Assembly: GCA_002269645.1 (NCBI GenBank)
Contig: NIVC01000892.1
Coordinates: 124,001 to 188,000, forward strand
Direction: 5' to 3'
From: Macrostomum lignano
Taxonomy: Eukaryota
DNA length: 64,000 nucleotides
This document shows, in pieces, positions 15,330 through 27,500 of this stretch. Both the position numbers and the translations under genes were made by a program. Every line of letters starts with the position of its first letter. The stretch's first letter is position 1. The notes under the pieces are model-generated. The model had not been told where the DNA came from and did not search any database. It saw nothing but the letters and a program-made list of their open reading frames with translations.

Positions 15330-15414
15330 TGAAGCCGGCAGCTCCGCAATGGCTGACATTGTGGTGTGGGCCCTTTGCTGGGAGTAGAATACAGGATTGC
15401 GATTAGTAAAGTAG

Positions 15415-16500
15415 AGTTTAGAGCTTATAGACAGTATATGGTTTAGAGCTTATAGACAGTATAGGGTTTAGAGCTTATAGACAGTATATGGTTTAGAGCT
15501 TATAGACAGTATAGGGTTTAGAGCTTATAGACAGTATAGGGTTTAGAGCTTATAGACAGTATAGGGTTTAGAGCTTATAGACAGTATAGGGTTTAGAGCT
15601 TATAGACAGTATAGGGTTTAGAGCTTATAGACAGTATAGGGTTTAGAGCTTATAGACAGTATAGGGTTTAGAGCTTATAGACAGTATAGGGTTTAGAGCT
15701 TATAGACAGTATAGGGTTTAGAGCTTACAGACAGTATAGGGTTTAGAGCTTATAGACAGTATAGGGTTTAGAGCTTACAGACAGTATAGGGTTTAGAGCT
15801 TATAGACAGTATAGGGTTTAGAGCTTATAGACAGTATAGGGTTTAGAGCTTATAGACAGTATAGGGTTTAGAGCTTATAGACAGTATAGGGTTTAGAGCT
15901 TATAGACAGTATAGGGTTTAGAGCTTATAGACAGTATAGGGTTTAGAGCTTATAGACAGTATAGGGTTTAGAGCTTATAGACAGTATAGGGTTTAGAGCT
16001 TATAGACAGTATATGGTTTAGAGCTTATAGACAGTATAGGGTTTAGAGCTTATAGACAGTATATGGTTTAGAGCTTATAGACAGTATAGGGTTTAGAGCT
16101 TATAGACAGTATAGGGTTTAGAGCTTATAGACAGTATAGGGTTTAGAGCTTATAGACAGTATAGGGTTTAGAGCTTATAGACAGTATAGGGTTTAGAGCT
16201 TACAGACAGTATAGGGTTTAGAGCTTATAGACAGTATAGGGTTTAGAGCTTACAGACAGTATAGGGTTTAGAGCTTATAGACAGTATAGGGTTTAGAGCT
16301 TATAGACAGTATAGGGTTTAGAGCTTATAGACAGTATAGGGTTTAGAGCTTACAGACAGTATAGGGTTTAGAGCTTACAGACTGTATAGGCTTTAGAGCT
16401 TATAGACAGTATAGGGTTTAGAGCTTATAGACTGTATAGGCTTTAGAGCTTATAGACAGTATAGGGTTTAGAGCTTATAGACAGTATATGGGACAGAGCT
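15415..16500. repeat. 25-bp minisatellite GTTTAGAGCTTATAGACAGTATAGG, ~43 copies
   Basis: Period 25 read directly (15541, 15566, 15591). Confidence 0.98.
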
Positions 16501-17300
16501 TATAGAAAGTAGAGTGAAGTTCTAGGTGATTATCTTACGCGCGCCTTTTATAATTAATAAATACACTTATATAACATTAAATCATAGAGATTATGTTTAC
16601 CGTTGAAAATACTATAAAATACTTTTAAAGGCCGCCTTTCAACTCAAGACTGCTGCTATACCGCATGAGTTCGCGCCTAATTCGCTTTGCTTGCACCGCC
16701 ACTTTTGCCACTCTTATGGAAAATATAGTGTCATTTTCATCTGCGTTCTACCCTTTTATCCCACTGTTTCTTCTGTTTCGTATCCTAAATTCAAATAAAC
16801 AGTTAAGCGCAAATCGAATTTACTAATTTGTCTCTAAGAATTTTCAACCGGAAAAATTGGAATCTTTTTAGTAAATTTGAACTAGCAATCTAGTGACCCC
16901 CCTTCCGGGGCGGCCAATAAGCAAGGTATAAAAAGTATAAAAAGCTATAAAAGCTATAAAATGTACTTTCATTTGTTAAAATGAAAGTACATTTCTTAAA
17001 AAGCATTCCTTCTTTCAGTTTTATAAATCACCTTAATTGAGTAAAATTGTCAGGGACTAAGATCTTTGCTGTAAATCTATCTTTTTATAAAAAAAACAAA
17101 TAGACACAATAAAACAAAGCAGTAAGCATTCCCTCCAATAGTAAGCAACTCCTGAAATCAAGCAATCCCCACTCTCAGAATTCTAGATATTAGCCTACAT
17201 GAATAATAGGCATGGATCCCATTTGGATCGATAGCTGCTGCTTGCACGAGTATCCTGCAGTTTGATCAAGCATTTGCTCTTCTTGTGAACATGTTATATC

Positions 17301-17485
17301 TTAACCATAGACAAAAGTACAAGTAAAATTGGGCCATTACAAATTTTATAACATTACAAGGCGCAGTCGCTCACAGTAAATTTACTTTGATGTCAAGACT
17401 CATGGGAGAATTTTTAAGATCTCAAGGCTTAGGGGGGAATTGCTACCCAGCTTTAGGTCCCACCGGTCTTGTAGTCTATGGTTAA
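17301..17485. mobile_element. Small TIR element (MITE) bounded by TTAACCATAGAC...GTCTATGGTTAA
   Basis: 12-bp inverted ends including TTAA; further TACAAG/CTTGTA complementarity just inside. Confidence 0.55.
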
Positions 17486-18355
17486 TTTATCTATGAGAGC
17501 AATTGCTTTTCCGGTCTTGTAGTCTATGGTTAATTTATCTATGAGAGCAATTGCTTTTCCGGTCTTGTAGTCTATGGTTAATTTATCTATGAGAGCAATT
17601 GCTTTCCCGGTCTTGTAGTCTATGGTTAATTTATCTATGAGAGCAATTGCTTTCCCGGTCTTGTAGTCTATGGTTAATTTATCTATGAGAGCAATTGCTT
17701 TCCTGGTCTTGTAGTCTATGGTTAATTTATCTATGAGAGCAATTGCTTTCCTGGTCTTGTAGTCTATGGTTAATTTATCTATGAGAGCAATTGCTTTCCC
17801 GGTCTTGTAGTCTATGGTTAATTTATCTATGAGAGCAATTGCTTTCCTGGTCTTGTAGTCTATGGTTAATTTATCTATGAGAGCAATTGCTTTCCCGGTC
17901 TTGTAGTCTATGGTTAATTTATCTATGAGAGCAATTGCTTTCCCGGTCTTGTAGTCTATGGTTAATTTATCTATGAGAGCAATTGCTTTCCCGGTCTTGT
18001 AGTCTATGGTTAATTTATCTATGAGAGCAATTGCTTTCCCGGTCTTGTAGTCTATGGTTAATTTATCTATGAGAGCAATTGCTTTCCTGGTCTTGTAGTC
18101 TATGGTTAATTTATCTATGAGAGCAATTGCTTTCCCGGTCTTGTAGTCTATGGTTAATTTATCTATGAGAGCAATTGCTTTCCCGGTCTTGTAGTCTATG
18201 GTTAATTTATCTATGAGAGCAATTGCTTTTCCGGTCTTGTAGTCTATGGTTAATTTATCTATGAGAGCAATTGCTTTCCCGGTCTTGTAGTCTATGGTTA
18301 ATTTATCTATGAGAGCAATTGCTTTTCCGGTCTTGTAGTCTATGGTTAATTTATC
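17463..18355. repeat. 48-bp tandem array CCGGTCTTGTAGTCTATGGTTAATTTATCTATGAGAGCAATTGCTTTY, ~19 copies
   Basis: Period 48 (17463 to 17511); no spacers. Confidence 0.97.
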
Positions 18356-18364
18356 AGAGCCATT

Positions 18365-19368
18365 GCTTTTGTCGTGCTATGTGGAGCAGTGGGCATGCAA
18401 AACGGAACGGTCCATTAGAATTCTATTTGTCTAAGCGGTTGAATTAACTCGAGAAAGCAAGCCATAGACAACTCGATTTGTCATGCTATATGGAACGGTA
18501 AGCCAGAATAGAAGGGACGGTTTGAGTTTTTCACAGAGACAAGACGCTTTCATTTTCTATCAGTTAATCGATTTAAGCTCTAATGGGTCCGCAAATTTCT
18601 GTACGCTATCGGCAGCGCATCGTCGCCGCCTTGCACTGTGGACTGTGTGACATGTTCCGGGATTTATTAAGTTACATTCCAGAAAAGGGAGGAATTTAAG
18701 TGAGATAACGCATGCCTTTTTACGGTTTGTGGAGCAATAGAACCCTAAAAGCCATGCTGGCATGCATTTTTTATTAGAGGCAGGGGGGTTGTGTGCACCC
18801 TGGCGCACTTTAAGCGACATAGGCACACAACCGGCGAGAGGCATTACTGCCCATTCCGCCGACTCCCCTGAGCAGGCATACAAGCGCGCGGATACGTACA
18901 CACACGCGCACACACACACAGCACACGCAGCACACACACACACACACACACACCGCACACACACACACACGCAGGCACACACTCACACAGGAGTGTACAG
19001 CGGCCCTAACTTTATATTATCGTTAGGCATGTACACTTCACTGGGCCTTGGGGGTTGGCTCTCAAGGCCGTTAATTGCACGAGCAGAGCCAAGCGGAGAT
19101 TCCAATTCAGCCCCAAATTAATGTGACTGCACTTGGAATCGAGCCTGGGTCGCTGGCACACCAGAGCAGCTGCGCTACCGCTGGGCTACGGCCCCCAGAA
19201 GAGGGAGGAATTTAAGTGAGATAACGCATGCCTTTTTACGGTTTGTGGAGCAATAGAACCCTAAAAGCCATGCTGGCATGCATTATCTTCTACTCAACCT
19301 CTAGGCCATAGAATTCTATAGGCCGTTCCGTTTTGCATGCCCACTGCTCCACATAGCACGACAAAAGC
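18365..19368. mobile_element. Non-autonomous DNA element with 46-bp terminal inverted repeats, containing a nested SINE
   Basis: GCTTTTGTCGTGCTATGTGGAGCAGTGGGCATGCAAAACGGAACGG (18365-18410) and its reverse complement (19323-19368); no clear TSD. Confidence 0.75.
18769..19194 (-). mobile_element. tRNA-derived SINE with internal (CA)n, flanked by a ~90-bp direct repeat
   Basis: Minus-strand head GGGCCGTAGCCCAGCGGTAGCGCAG...GGCTCGATTCC (A and B boxes); body shared with 41481-41803 and 52293-52612. Confidence 0.8.
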
Positions 19369-19959
19369 TATACTAAAGGCTGTAAATGAGATGATAAAGC
19401 ACGCCTTTCTGGACGCTATCTACTACGTAGTGAACGAAGTTACTGCATTATCTGTGTTAATCTTTCGTATCTTTTGACATTACCTTATAAAGTCTGCCAT
19501 TCTAAGGATGTCGTTTTTCCTGTAAGCGCTAGTGAATTTAGTACACCCCTGTGCGCCTACAGTGAGGTACTGATCAAGCATCAACACTATAGCAAGTCTC
19601 GTTGATCAAACAATTTTATTCAATGTAAATGGTAATTTTCAGTTTTCTAAAGTTTTCTTTCTATATTTAATCAGCAAGACAAAAAATCTTTATTTGCGAA
19701 AAAGATTAACGAATATACAAAAAAATCATCTTGTTTCCGATTACTTGTTCCTTCAAATAAAAAAGGTTTACGTGTATACGGTCGTAAGAATTGTTTTGTA
19801 AAAAATCGCTTGTTTTAACAGGGCTTATACATCGTACGTGTATATGAAATGATTTTCGAGACCTTCATGATTTCTTAAAAATAAGCAAACTCAGTCGTCC
19901 AATGTGTCAAAACTGGCCTTTTCGATTTAAGTAAACAGAATTTAGCCAAAGATTCTTCA

Positions 19960-21859
19960 TCAACCCCTCGCTTCATTTTCGGACAATTTATAGACGTTTG
20001 CCTTGTCGGCGGCCGAGCTCGCGCTCTTCAACTTGATTACCACACAGATGATCGAAGCCAGAATCAGAATGAAACCCAGGCAGCTGCACACAATGATGAT
20101 GATCAGCAGGTGCTCGGAGCTCAGGCCACCCTTCTGCGACGTTGGCTTAGCTGACGGCGTAGCGGTGGTTGTTGTACCATCTGGAGCAGCCTGTTGGTCC
20201 ATCTCTGCCAGCATTTTGATCTCCTGCTCGCAGAAGCGCTGACCGAACAGAGTGGCTGAGATGGCCCGGGTCGCCGACGCATTGAGCTGAAAGACACCCA
20301 GAGCCAGCAGTTCAGCCATTTGACGCGAACGCTTCGGGTCGTAGCAGGCATTGTTGGGCCAGAGAGTGTTCTCCAGGTAGTTGCGGCAAAGCGGGTCGCA
20401 GCCGGTCCGAGAGAAGCACTTGTTGATGTACATTTCATAACTAACTCGGTTTGGGATGTCACCGTTTCGCATCGCGGTAATGTTGCAGCCCCTCTCAACT
20501 TGAGGAGTGATACCGCTCTGCAACCAGCACGAATTAATGCCCGCCACACCGATGCAGCGTCCGAGTTTGTCCTCAGGGCTCACGGAGATATCGTTAGGAT
20601 AATAATTTAGAAATGAGATGCACATCTCGTCGCTAGTGCTTTCGCCAAAGAAGATGGTAACATTGCTTTTTTGCGTGCTAAAGTAGCATTCGGTCTTTAC
20701 TTCGTCACCTTTTCGGTATTCGATCGGTGGGTCGAAAATGTGCACCTTCGGAGAGTTGTAATCGTACACTTGAAGAGGAGCCAGGTCTTTAACCATAGTT
20801 CCGTTTCTCCACAGCGAGATGCGTCCTTTAATGCCATAGTTGTGCATGTGAATGCCTGCCCCGGTGATGTAACGAGTCTCAGTGTGGTACCGGTTCGTGC
20901 ACACCGAAGGGCAGGTGTGGTTCACGCTGATCAGCGGCTGTCGCGGTGGAAGAACGAGATTCACCTCGCCATACATTACAGTTCCAAAGTCATGTGGTCG
21001 CAGGTTTGGTGTAAAGTAAAGAGCGAAGCCAGAAGCGTCGGTGTAGCCTGAATGCCTCATCGGGTTGTTCCAGTGAAGTTGCATAACTCCGTACCGAAAG
21101 CCTTCACCGCCGATTCGGAACCACGCGTTGCTGTTGAAGCACTCGCCTTCGAGTCCGTAGGCCCAGAGGCTCAGCATCTCGTTGCAGTTTTCAACAGCCA
21201 TGAAACACTGCTGTGGGTTATCGAACAGCGTCTCTTCTGGCTCGACACTGCAGACATACATAATCATGTGGTGCAGGACGTTCTTGTTGTCAATGATGCA
21301 TGGGCCTCGATCCGATCAGGTGAACGGGAGAAGCAGTGTTGTTCAGATCAAACGCCTGACAGATGTACGTGGTCTCTGTGGCGGGCACGGGAGTCGGTTT
21401 GAGAGTAAAGTTTCTCACGGTCACGTTGGCATTGTCCAGTGCTGGACAACTGAAGGCCTTCGGACACACGGTCCACAAGTTCTTGCACGTGGCGGAGTCG
21501 AGCGGGCAGATGCCGGGGTGAGACAATCCAGTCGTTCTCGCTGGAGTGGCTCCGACCTTCCACACGCAGTCCGGGTCTCCGAGCTCTTGACCGTTCGTGA
21601 GTCCGTCACCGTCCGAGTCCTTGCGGCAAAGGTCAACTGTCCACTGCAAGCCGGCCGCCTTGAAGTCCAAGCCGAAAGGGTTTCTGGCGTTGGCGCCGGC
21701 GGGGCTCTGGTGCCCGACTCCGGCCCAGATGGCGCCTGGCTGGCACGGGTTCGGCACGCGGTCGCCGTTCGGGACTCGGGACTGGAACATTCTGTGCGCG
21801 TGAGAGCAGCTGAGCAGTGCGGCCAGGGCCACAGAAAGCAGCAGCGCGGTCGTTTTCAT
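19960..21859 (-). pseudogene. Intronless temptin-domain + copper type II monooxygenase (DBH/MOXD1-like, no DOMON) with signal peptide and C-terminal TM; one frameshift at ~21298 (pseudogene or sequence error)
   Basis: Signal MKTTALLLSVALAALLSCSHA; temptin motifs GVGH...RNPFGLDF...WTVDLCRKDSDGDGLTNGQELGDPDC; copper ligand motifs LHHMIMY, QLHWNN, GIHMH, DEMC; TM LLIIIIVCSCLGFILILASIICVVI. Removing 4 nt (ATGC) gives contiguous GSRP-IIDNKNVLHHM, about 631 aa. Confidence 0.85.
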
Positions 21860-22714
21860 TGTGCTATTTTTCAGCCAGCCAGAGAGTCTTGCAGTTGAAA
21901 ACATTGAATATGCTAGCTGCTCTGAGTTTCTTTTTATACTGGTATTTTGGTCTTGTTTTCGAGTTTTTAGCATTTGCTAAAAATAAACACATGAAAACAC
22001 CCTGCAATTTTACAATGCCACTTGGGGTATGGCTTTCTTCTAAACTTCATTGTATCATCTAATTTGGTGTGTCTCGTATTCTTAGACCTTGTTTTGGCGA
22101 GAAGTGTTTTTTACTATCGTTGTTTTTTATTTTTGCTAGACGAACTTCGCTTGACGAAGTTCGCTTACTGAAGTTCGCTTGCAGGAACTTAGCTAACCAA
22201 AGGATGCTTGTGGAAGTTTGCTAAGGAATTCCTGTGATCAGAAAGAATTTTTATCATGGTCATGTCCAGAGGTATGTGAAGCAGATGGGTCTATATAAGT
22301 AGGACTGAGAGCTTATAAGTAGCATGAAGCAATAATGACAACTTGCCGACTGACTAATAATTACTTAATTGACCACGTCGAACTTCTTTTTCGATAATAC
22401 GATAATAAAAATGTAATTAATAGTTTTTGACAATCATAGTATACTTCTTACTAACCAGTGATTGTGGCAAAGTCATTAGCAAATAAAATATGGAAAATAA
22501 AATACGGCATTACTCAAAACGAACGCAACGTTGTAAACTAAGAATTGGGCGTCCTAAATTAAGTTCTAATGAGGATTCCTTTCTCTGAAGTGTTGTATGC
22601 TAAAAAAGATATTTGACATTTGACATCCATAATCAAATTTTCATTGTTAAATGCTTCTAACTTCTACATAAAACGCTGTTAACATCAATTTGTGAAGTCA
22701 ATGAGCTGGAAATC

Positions 22715-23025
22715 TTGACATCTCAGCAATTCCGCTCTGTAAGCCTTGACATCTCAACGATTCCGCTCTGTAAGCCTTGATATCTCAGAAATTCCGCTCT
22801 GTAAGCCTTGACATCTCAACGATTCCGCTCTGTAAGCCTTGATATCTCAGAAATTCCGCTCTGTAAGCCTTGATATCTCAGCAATTCCGCTCTGTAAGCC
22901 TTGATATCTCAGAAATTCCGCTCTGTAAGCCTTGATATCTCAGCAATTCCGCTCTGTAAGCCTTGATATCTCAGAAATTCCGCTCTGTAAGCCTTGACAT
23001 CTCAACAATTCCTCTCTGTAAGCCT
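22715..23025. repeat. 31-bp minisatellite AAGCCTTGAYATCTCAGMAATTCCGCTCTGT
   Basis: Period 31 read directly; about 10 copies. Confidence 0.95.
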
Positions 23026-23029
23026 GTAC

Positions 23030-23265
23030 GCCAGTCGAGCCTGATATTGTTCTCTTTATTGACTTCAGGAAGGCTTTCGACTCGGTCGTGAGGGCCATGC
23101 TCCCAATGGTTTTCCGCCGTCATATCCGCCGTCATGGCGCTGTATCACGGCACGAGCGCTGCTGTGCTAACACCAGACGGCCTGTCGGATTTCTTTGAGA
23201 CATCCTCTGTGGGGTGCTTTAGGGAGATACGCTTGCGCCGTTCCTGTTCGCTCTGGTTCATAGAC
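23030..23265 (+). mobile_element. Degenerate non-LTR (RTE-like) reverse transcriptase fragment
   Basis: Translates VLFIDFRKAFDSV...ALYHGTSAAVLTPDGLSDFFETSS/GVL*GDTLAPFLF with a frameshift and a stop. Confidence 0.85.
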
Positions 23266-23959
23266 TGTGATTCATAGAAAAAGTGAAACTGTATTTCATA
23301 GTATTTTTGGTCGAAACGTATAAGGCAAAATTGAAGTTGTATAAATTTAATAATTATCTTATATTTTGAAACAACTCAACTTGAAGTCGTAAAAATCGAC
23401 AATGGCTTTTACTCTCATAAATCGACTCAAGGGCTGAATTAGCGCAATGTACCTATCGAGTAAGTGAAAAAATATCCCCATATTTTGGAGAAAACATGAA
23501 GTTTTTTATGAGACCTGAATAAATACCAAATAAAGTTACCATCACCGTATTAAAGCAATTGCAGAGAAAATACAATGACTAATACTCTTCTGTACTAACA
23601 CGCGATTATATTATCGACAATAAGCAAGGCAATAAAGGCAATAAAAATGCATGCATAGGCAATATTTTGGGGTAAAATAATACTTGTAGTAGTAAAGCAC
23701 AATAAATAGTGAAATAGAATACTATAAAATATGGCACACTTGCAGAGGGTTTAAACATGATGATAGATGCATACACATATGCAAATATTCACTAAGCTTT
23801 AAATGTAGATGGGTTAAACCTGAAGATTAAACAGAAATAATGAATATTCAGTAAAAAAAGCTGTAAAAGAAAAATAAACAAGACCCTTGTTGCCAGGAAG
23901 TCGAAGCTGAATACTAAAGCCAGCAGCATATTTTAAGAATGAAGCACGTTGATAATAAT

Positions 23960-24560
23960 GTCGCTAAGAGTGTCGATAAGTGTCGATAAGTGTCGCTAGG
24001 AGTGTCGCTAAGTGTGTCGCTAAAAGTGTCGCTAACAGTGTTGCTAAGAGTGTCGCTAACAGTGTTGCTAAGAGTGTCGCTAAGAGTGTCGTTAAGAGTG
24101 TCGCTAAGAGTGTCGATAAGAATGTCGCTAAGATTGTTGATAAGAGTGTTGCTAAGAGTGTCGCTAAGAGTGTCGTTAAGAGTGTCGCTAAGAGTGTCGT
24201 TAAGAGTGTCGCTAAGAGTGTCGTTAAGAGTGTCGCTAAGAGTGTCGATAAGAATGTCGCTAAGATTGTTGATAAGAGTGTTGCTAAGAGTGTCGCTAAG
24301 AGTGTCGTTAAGAGTGTCGCTAAGAGTGTCGTTAAGAGTGTCGCTAAGAGTGTCGGTAAGAGTGTCGCTAATATTGTTGCTAAGATTGTCGACAAGAGTG
24401 TCGCTAAGAGTGTCGATAAGAATGTCAACAAGAGTGTCGATAAGATTGTCGATAAGAGTGTCGGTAAGAGTGTCGCTAAGAGTGTCGATAAGAATGTCAA
24501 CAAGAGTGTCGATAAGATTGTCGATAAGAGTGTCGCTAAGAGTGTCGGTAAGAGTGTGGC
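23960..24560. repeat. 12-bp minisatellite (GCTAAGAGTGTC)n just downstream of the SDR stop codon
   Basis: Direct reading; same family as 29490-30657. Confidence 0.95.
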
Positions 24561-24593
24561 TAGTAAAACTGACTAGAGAATTACAATTTCCTG

Positions 24594-27500
24594 TCAATAG
24601 TCGCAATCGTCGCCAATGGCTTCAGACACGCAATCATCAGTGTCGAAGGAGTCCGGCTCGAGTCCAACGAGCTTCTCGCTAATCAGCCAGAGTCGGGCGG
24701 CGTCAGAGTCGCTCTGTGCTCGCTTCGACGGCTTGGTCAGCTGGCAATCGCTAGTGAGAGAAATTAGGAAAGAAGCAGAGAAATGTTTTTGATGCTACTG
24801 CTAAGTAATTGTAAGTAGTCTGTTTTGGCCATAGATATCCTATATTTAATTCTATGTAAGGAATAACAATAATCCTAAATTTACACTTAAGAGGTAAAAG
24901 TAGTAAACAGGCAAGCGCATATTTTGTCACAAATACTATTGCAAAAAGTAGCTGGTATCAGTCATTACCATGCATGTTGTCGAGAAGCTGACAAAAATAT
25001 GCATAAAAATGGTTGATTTTGATGCAGAAAGGCAAATTTATTATTTTCAAAAAAATTTCTCATGCCATCCCCAAAATTATATGGTAGAATAATCAATCAA
25101 TATGAATGCTACTACGTCAGGGGGGCAAGACCAGGGGGCAGATGACCTTCCATGGATGGCTACCCCATTGCAGCTGAGTAAATAATCTTAAATGTTGGGG
25201 AAGCAGTGCTCAATAGGTCAGCAGAGCGAATCAATAAACCTTGTTAGTTTAATATGTTATTTAAGCCTTCAAACCAGTGCAGGTACGCAGCTTCAAGCAG
25301 GCACTTAGCTTGACAGGGGTCGGCGAACCCTGTCTCTCGGGTCCTTTGGAGCTACACAATAGCAATCTGGCCTGTTTAAGGCCTCTTCTCAGCTGTCTCC
25401 TCTCTAATAATCTCTTGTCTTTTATCTCCTCTCCTCTCCTCTCCCTTCTCTCTTCTCTCCTCTCCTCTCCTCACCTTACCTCTCTCTCTTTCCTTATCTC
25501 GCCTCTCCTCTCCCTTCTCTCCTCTCCTCTCCTCTCCTCTCATCTCCCTTCTCTCTTCTCCTCTCCCTTCTCTATTCTCCTCTCCCTTTTCTTCTCTCCC
25601 TTCTCTCCTCTTTCGTCTCCCCTCGCTTCTCAACTTTATCGTCTCTCCTCTTTCCTCTCCTATTTCATCTCTCCTCACTTCTTTATTTCTTCGCCTCTCC
25701 TTTCTTCTATCTTCTCTAGTTATTCCCTCTGACCCTCTCTTCTCTCCCCTCCCGTGACATGCACTAGATTCTCTACCTGGCTAGGTAAAACTCTGCCGAC
25801 CCCTGGCTTAAAACATAGATTAGATTAAAATAGGTGACGCAATAGAATAATTGAACCCTTCGCCAAGATCTGCAATCGCATTCCACAGCATGAGGAACAG
25901 CACTTATCAACCACCTGTAATATCCGCCATTCTGCAGGCGTTCAATCGGCGCAAAGGCGCAGTGCAAACTGGTCTGCGCGCCTTCGACTGGCCGTTTCAG
26001 CATTAGCCAAGAAACCGCGCTAAACACAGCCAGGAAATAGGCAGGCTGATAACGGCCAAGGTTCGTCTGCACCGCGCCTGGGTGAAGGCAATAGGCGGTG
26101 ACGTCATCGCCTCGAGCTGCCGGGAGGCGAGAGCCAATCAGAGAAGGCCGAGTGGGTTAGACATTCTTTTTATAGCCTGCACTCGTTGATTATAGGCTGG
26201 GCTGAGCCAATCAGAGAAGGCCAGTACAGGGTGTAGCCATTGAGGCATTGGGAGCTGCGGCCGCGCCCTCCCCCCCCGAACTGCAGGCTGCTTAGACATA
26301 ACACATAGCTTTCGGCTCCTACAGCTGGCGCCCCTTGGTGCTGGCGCCCCTTGGTGCTGGCGCCCCTTGGTGCTGGCGCCCCTTGGTGCTGGCGCCCCTT
26401 GGTGCTGGCGCCCCTTGGTGCTGGCGCCCCTTGGTGCTGGCGCCCCTTGGTGCTGGCGCCCCTTGGTGCTGGCGCCCCTTGGTGCTGGCGCCCCTTGGTG
26501 CTGGCGCCCCTTGGTGCTGGCGCCCCTTGGTGCTGGCGCCCCTTGGTGCTGGCGCCCCTTGGTGCTGGCGCCCCTTGGTGCTGGCGCCCCTTGGTGCTGG
26601 CGCCCCTTGGTGCTGGCGCCCCTTGGTGCTGGCGCCCCTTGGTGCTGGCGCCCCTTGGTGCTGGCGCCCCCATAGTGCTGGCGCCCCATAGAGCGCTGGT
26701 GCCCCAGAGAGTGCTGGCGGCCCATAGAGTGCTGGCGCCCCCATAGAGTGCTGGCGCCCCATAGAGTGCTGGTGCTCAATGGAGTGCTGGCGCCCCAGAG
26801 AGTTTTGGCGGCAAATCCTCTAATGATAAATTAGTGGCCCTCAATTAAAAATGCGCCTCTCAACTTGAATAAAAACTCCTGGCTACAACTCTGAGTCAAT
26901 ATGGAGTAGAAATTCTCTTTATAACCAAAATCACTGACATAAGAGGCGAGCCAATCAGACACAGCCAAGGGAAAGAGTATTTTTACAACTTACTGTTAAG
27001 GAAAATACCACTGTACAGCTAAAATCTACGCAGCTAATTGAAACAATACAAACGAAGTGAAAAGTACAACCAAAATAGTGCATTTTTAACGGCATTCATA
27101 AAGTAAAAAGAAATCAGATAGGTTAACTTCAACAGGATAGTTTTCTAGGCATTCTAGCTAACTAAACAACACAGAGACTGACACAAAAATCAAGCGAATT
27201 CTCACCTTCAAATTTTGAGGCCAACGCTCTGGTGAAAAGTACATTCGCCAGTTTGCTCTGTGAATACGCTTTGAATGGCGTGTATTTGCCTCCAGACAGG
27301 TTCAAATTGTCCCAGCAGATGCTGCCCCCTGTTGTTTGTGAAATTGGAGGACTGCAAATTTAGAATGTCCTTGGAAGCAAAAGCAACTCACCTTTCTAAG
27401 AAATACATAAACTACTGTTTACTGACGACTATTAAACTTTCTAAAAGTCGAAGGAGACAGACTTTTCTAAGAAATCGAATTTCCCGAAATTGAAGGCGAC

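Noticed and set aside
17463-18355. Regular 48-bp array resembling CRISPR (likewise the 25-, 31- and 42-bp arrays)
   Set aside because: Units are contiguous with no unique spacers, there are no cas genes, and the context is eukaryotic.
20003-21898. Plus-strand ORFs over the monooxygenase
   Set aside because: They are antisense shadows of a GC-rich coding region.
25280-25372. Alternative SDR last exon (RPDCYCVAPK...)
   Set aside because: The exon at 24750-24594 gives the canonical SDC...ARLW..SEKL ending and fits far better.
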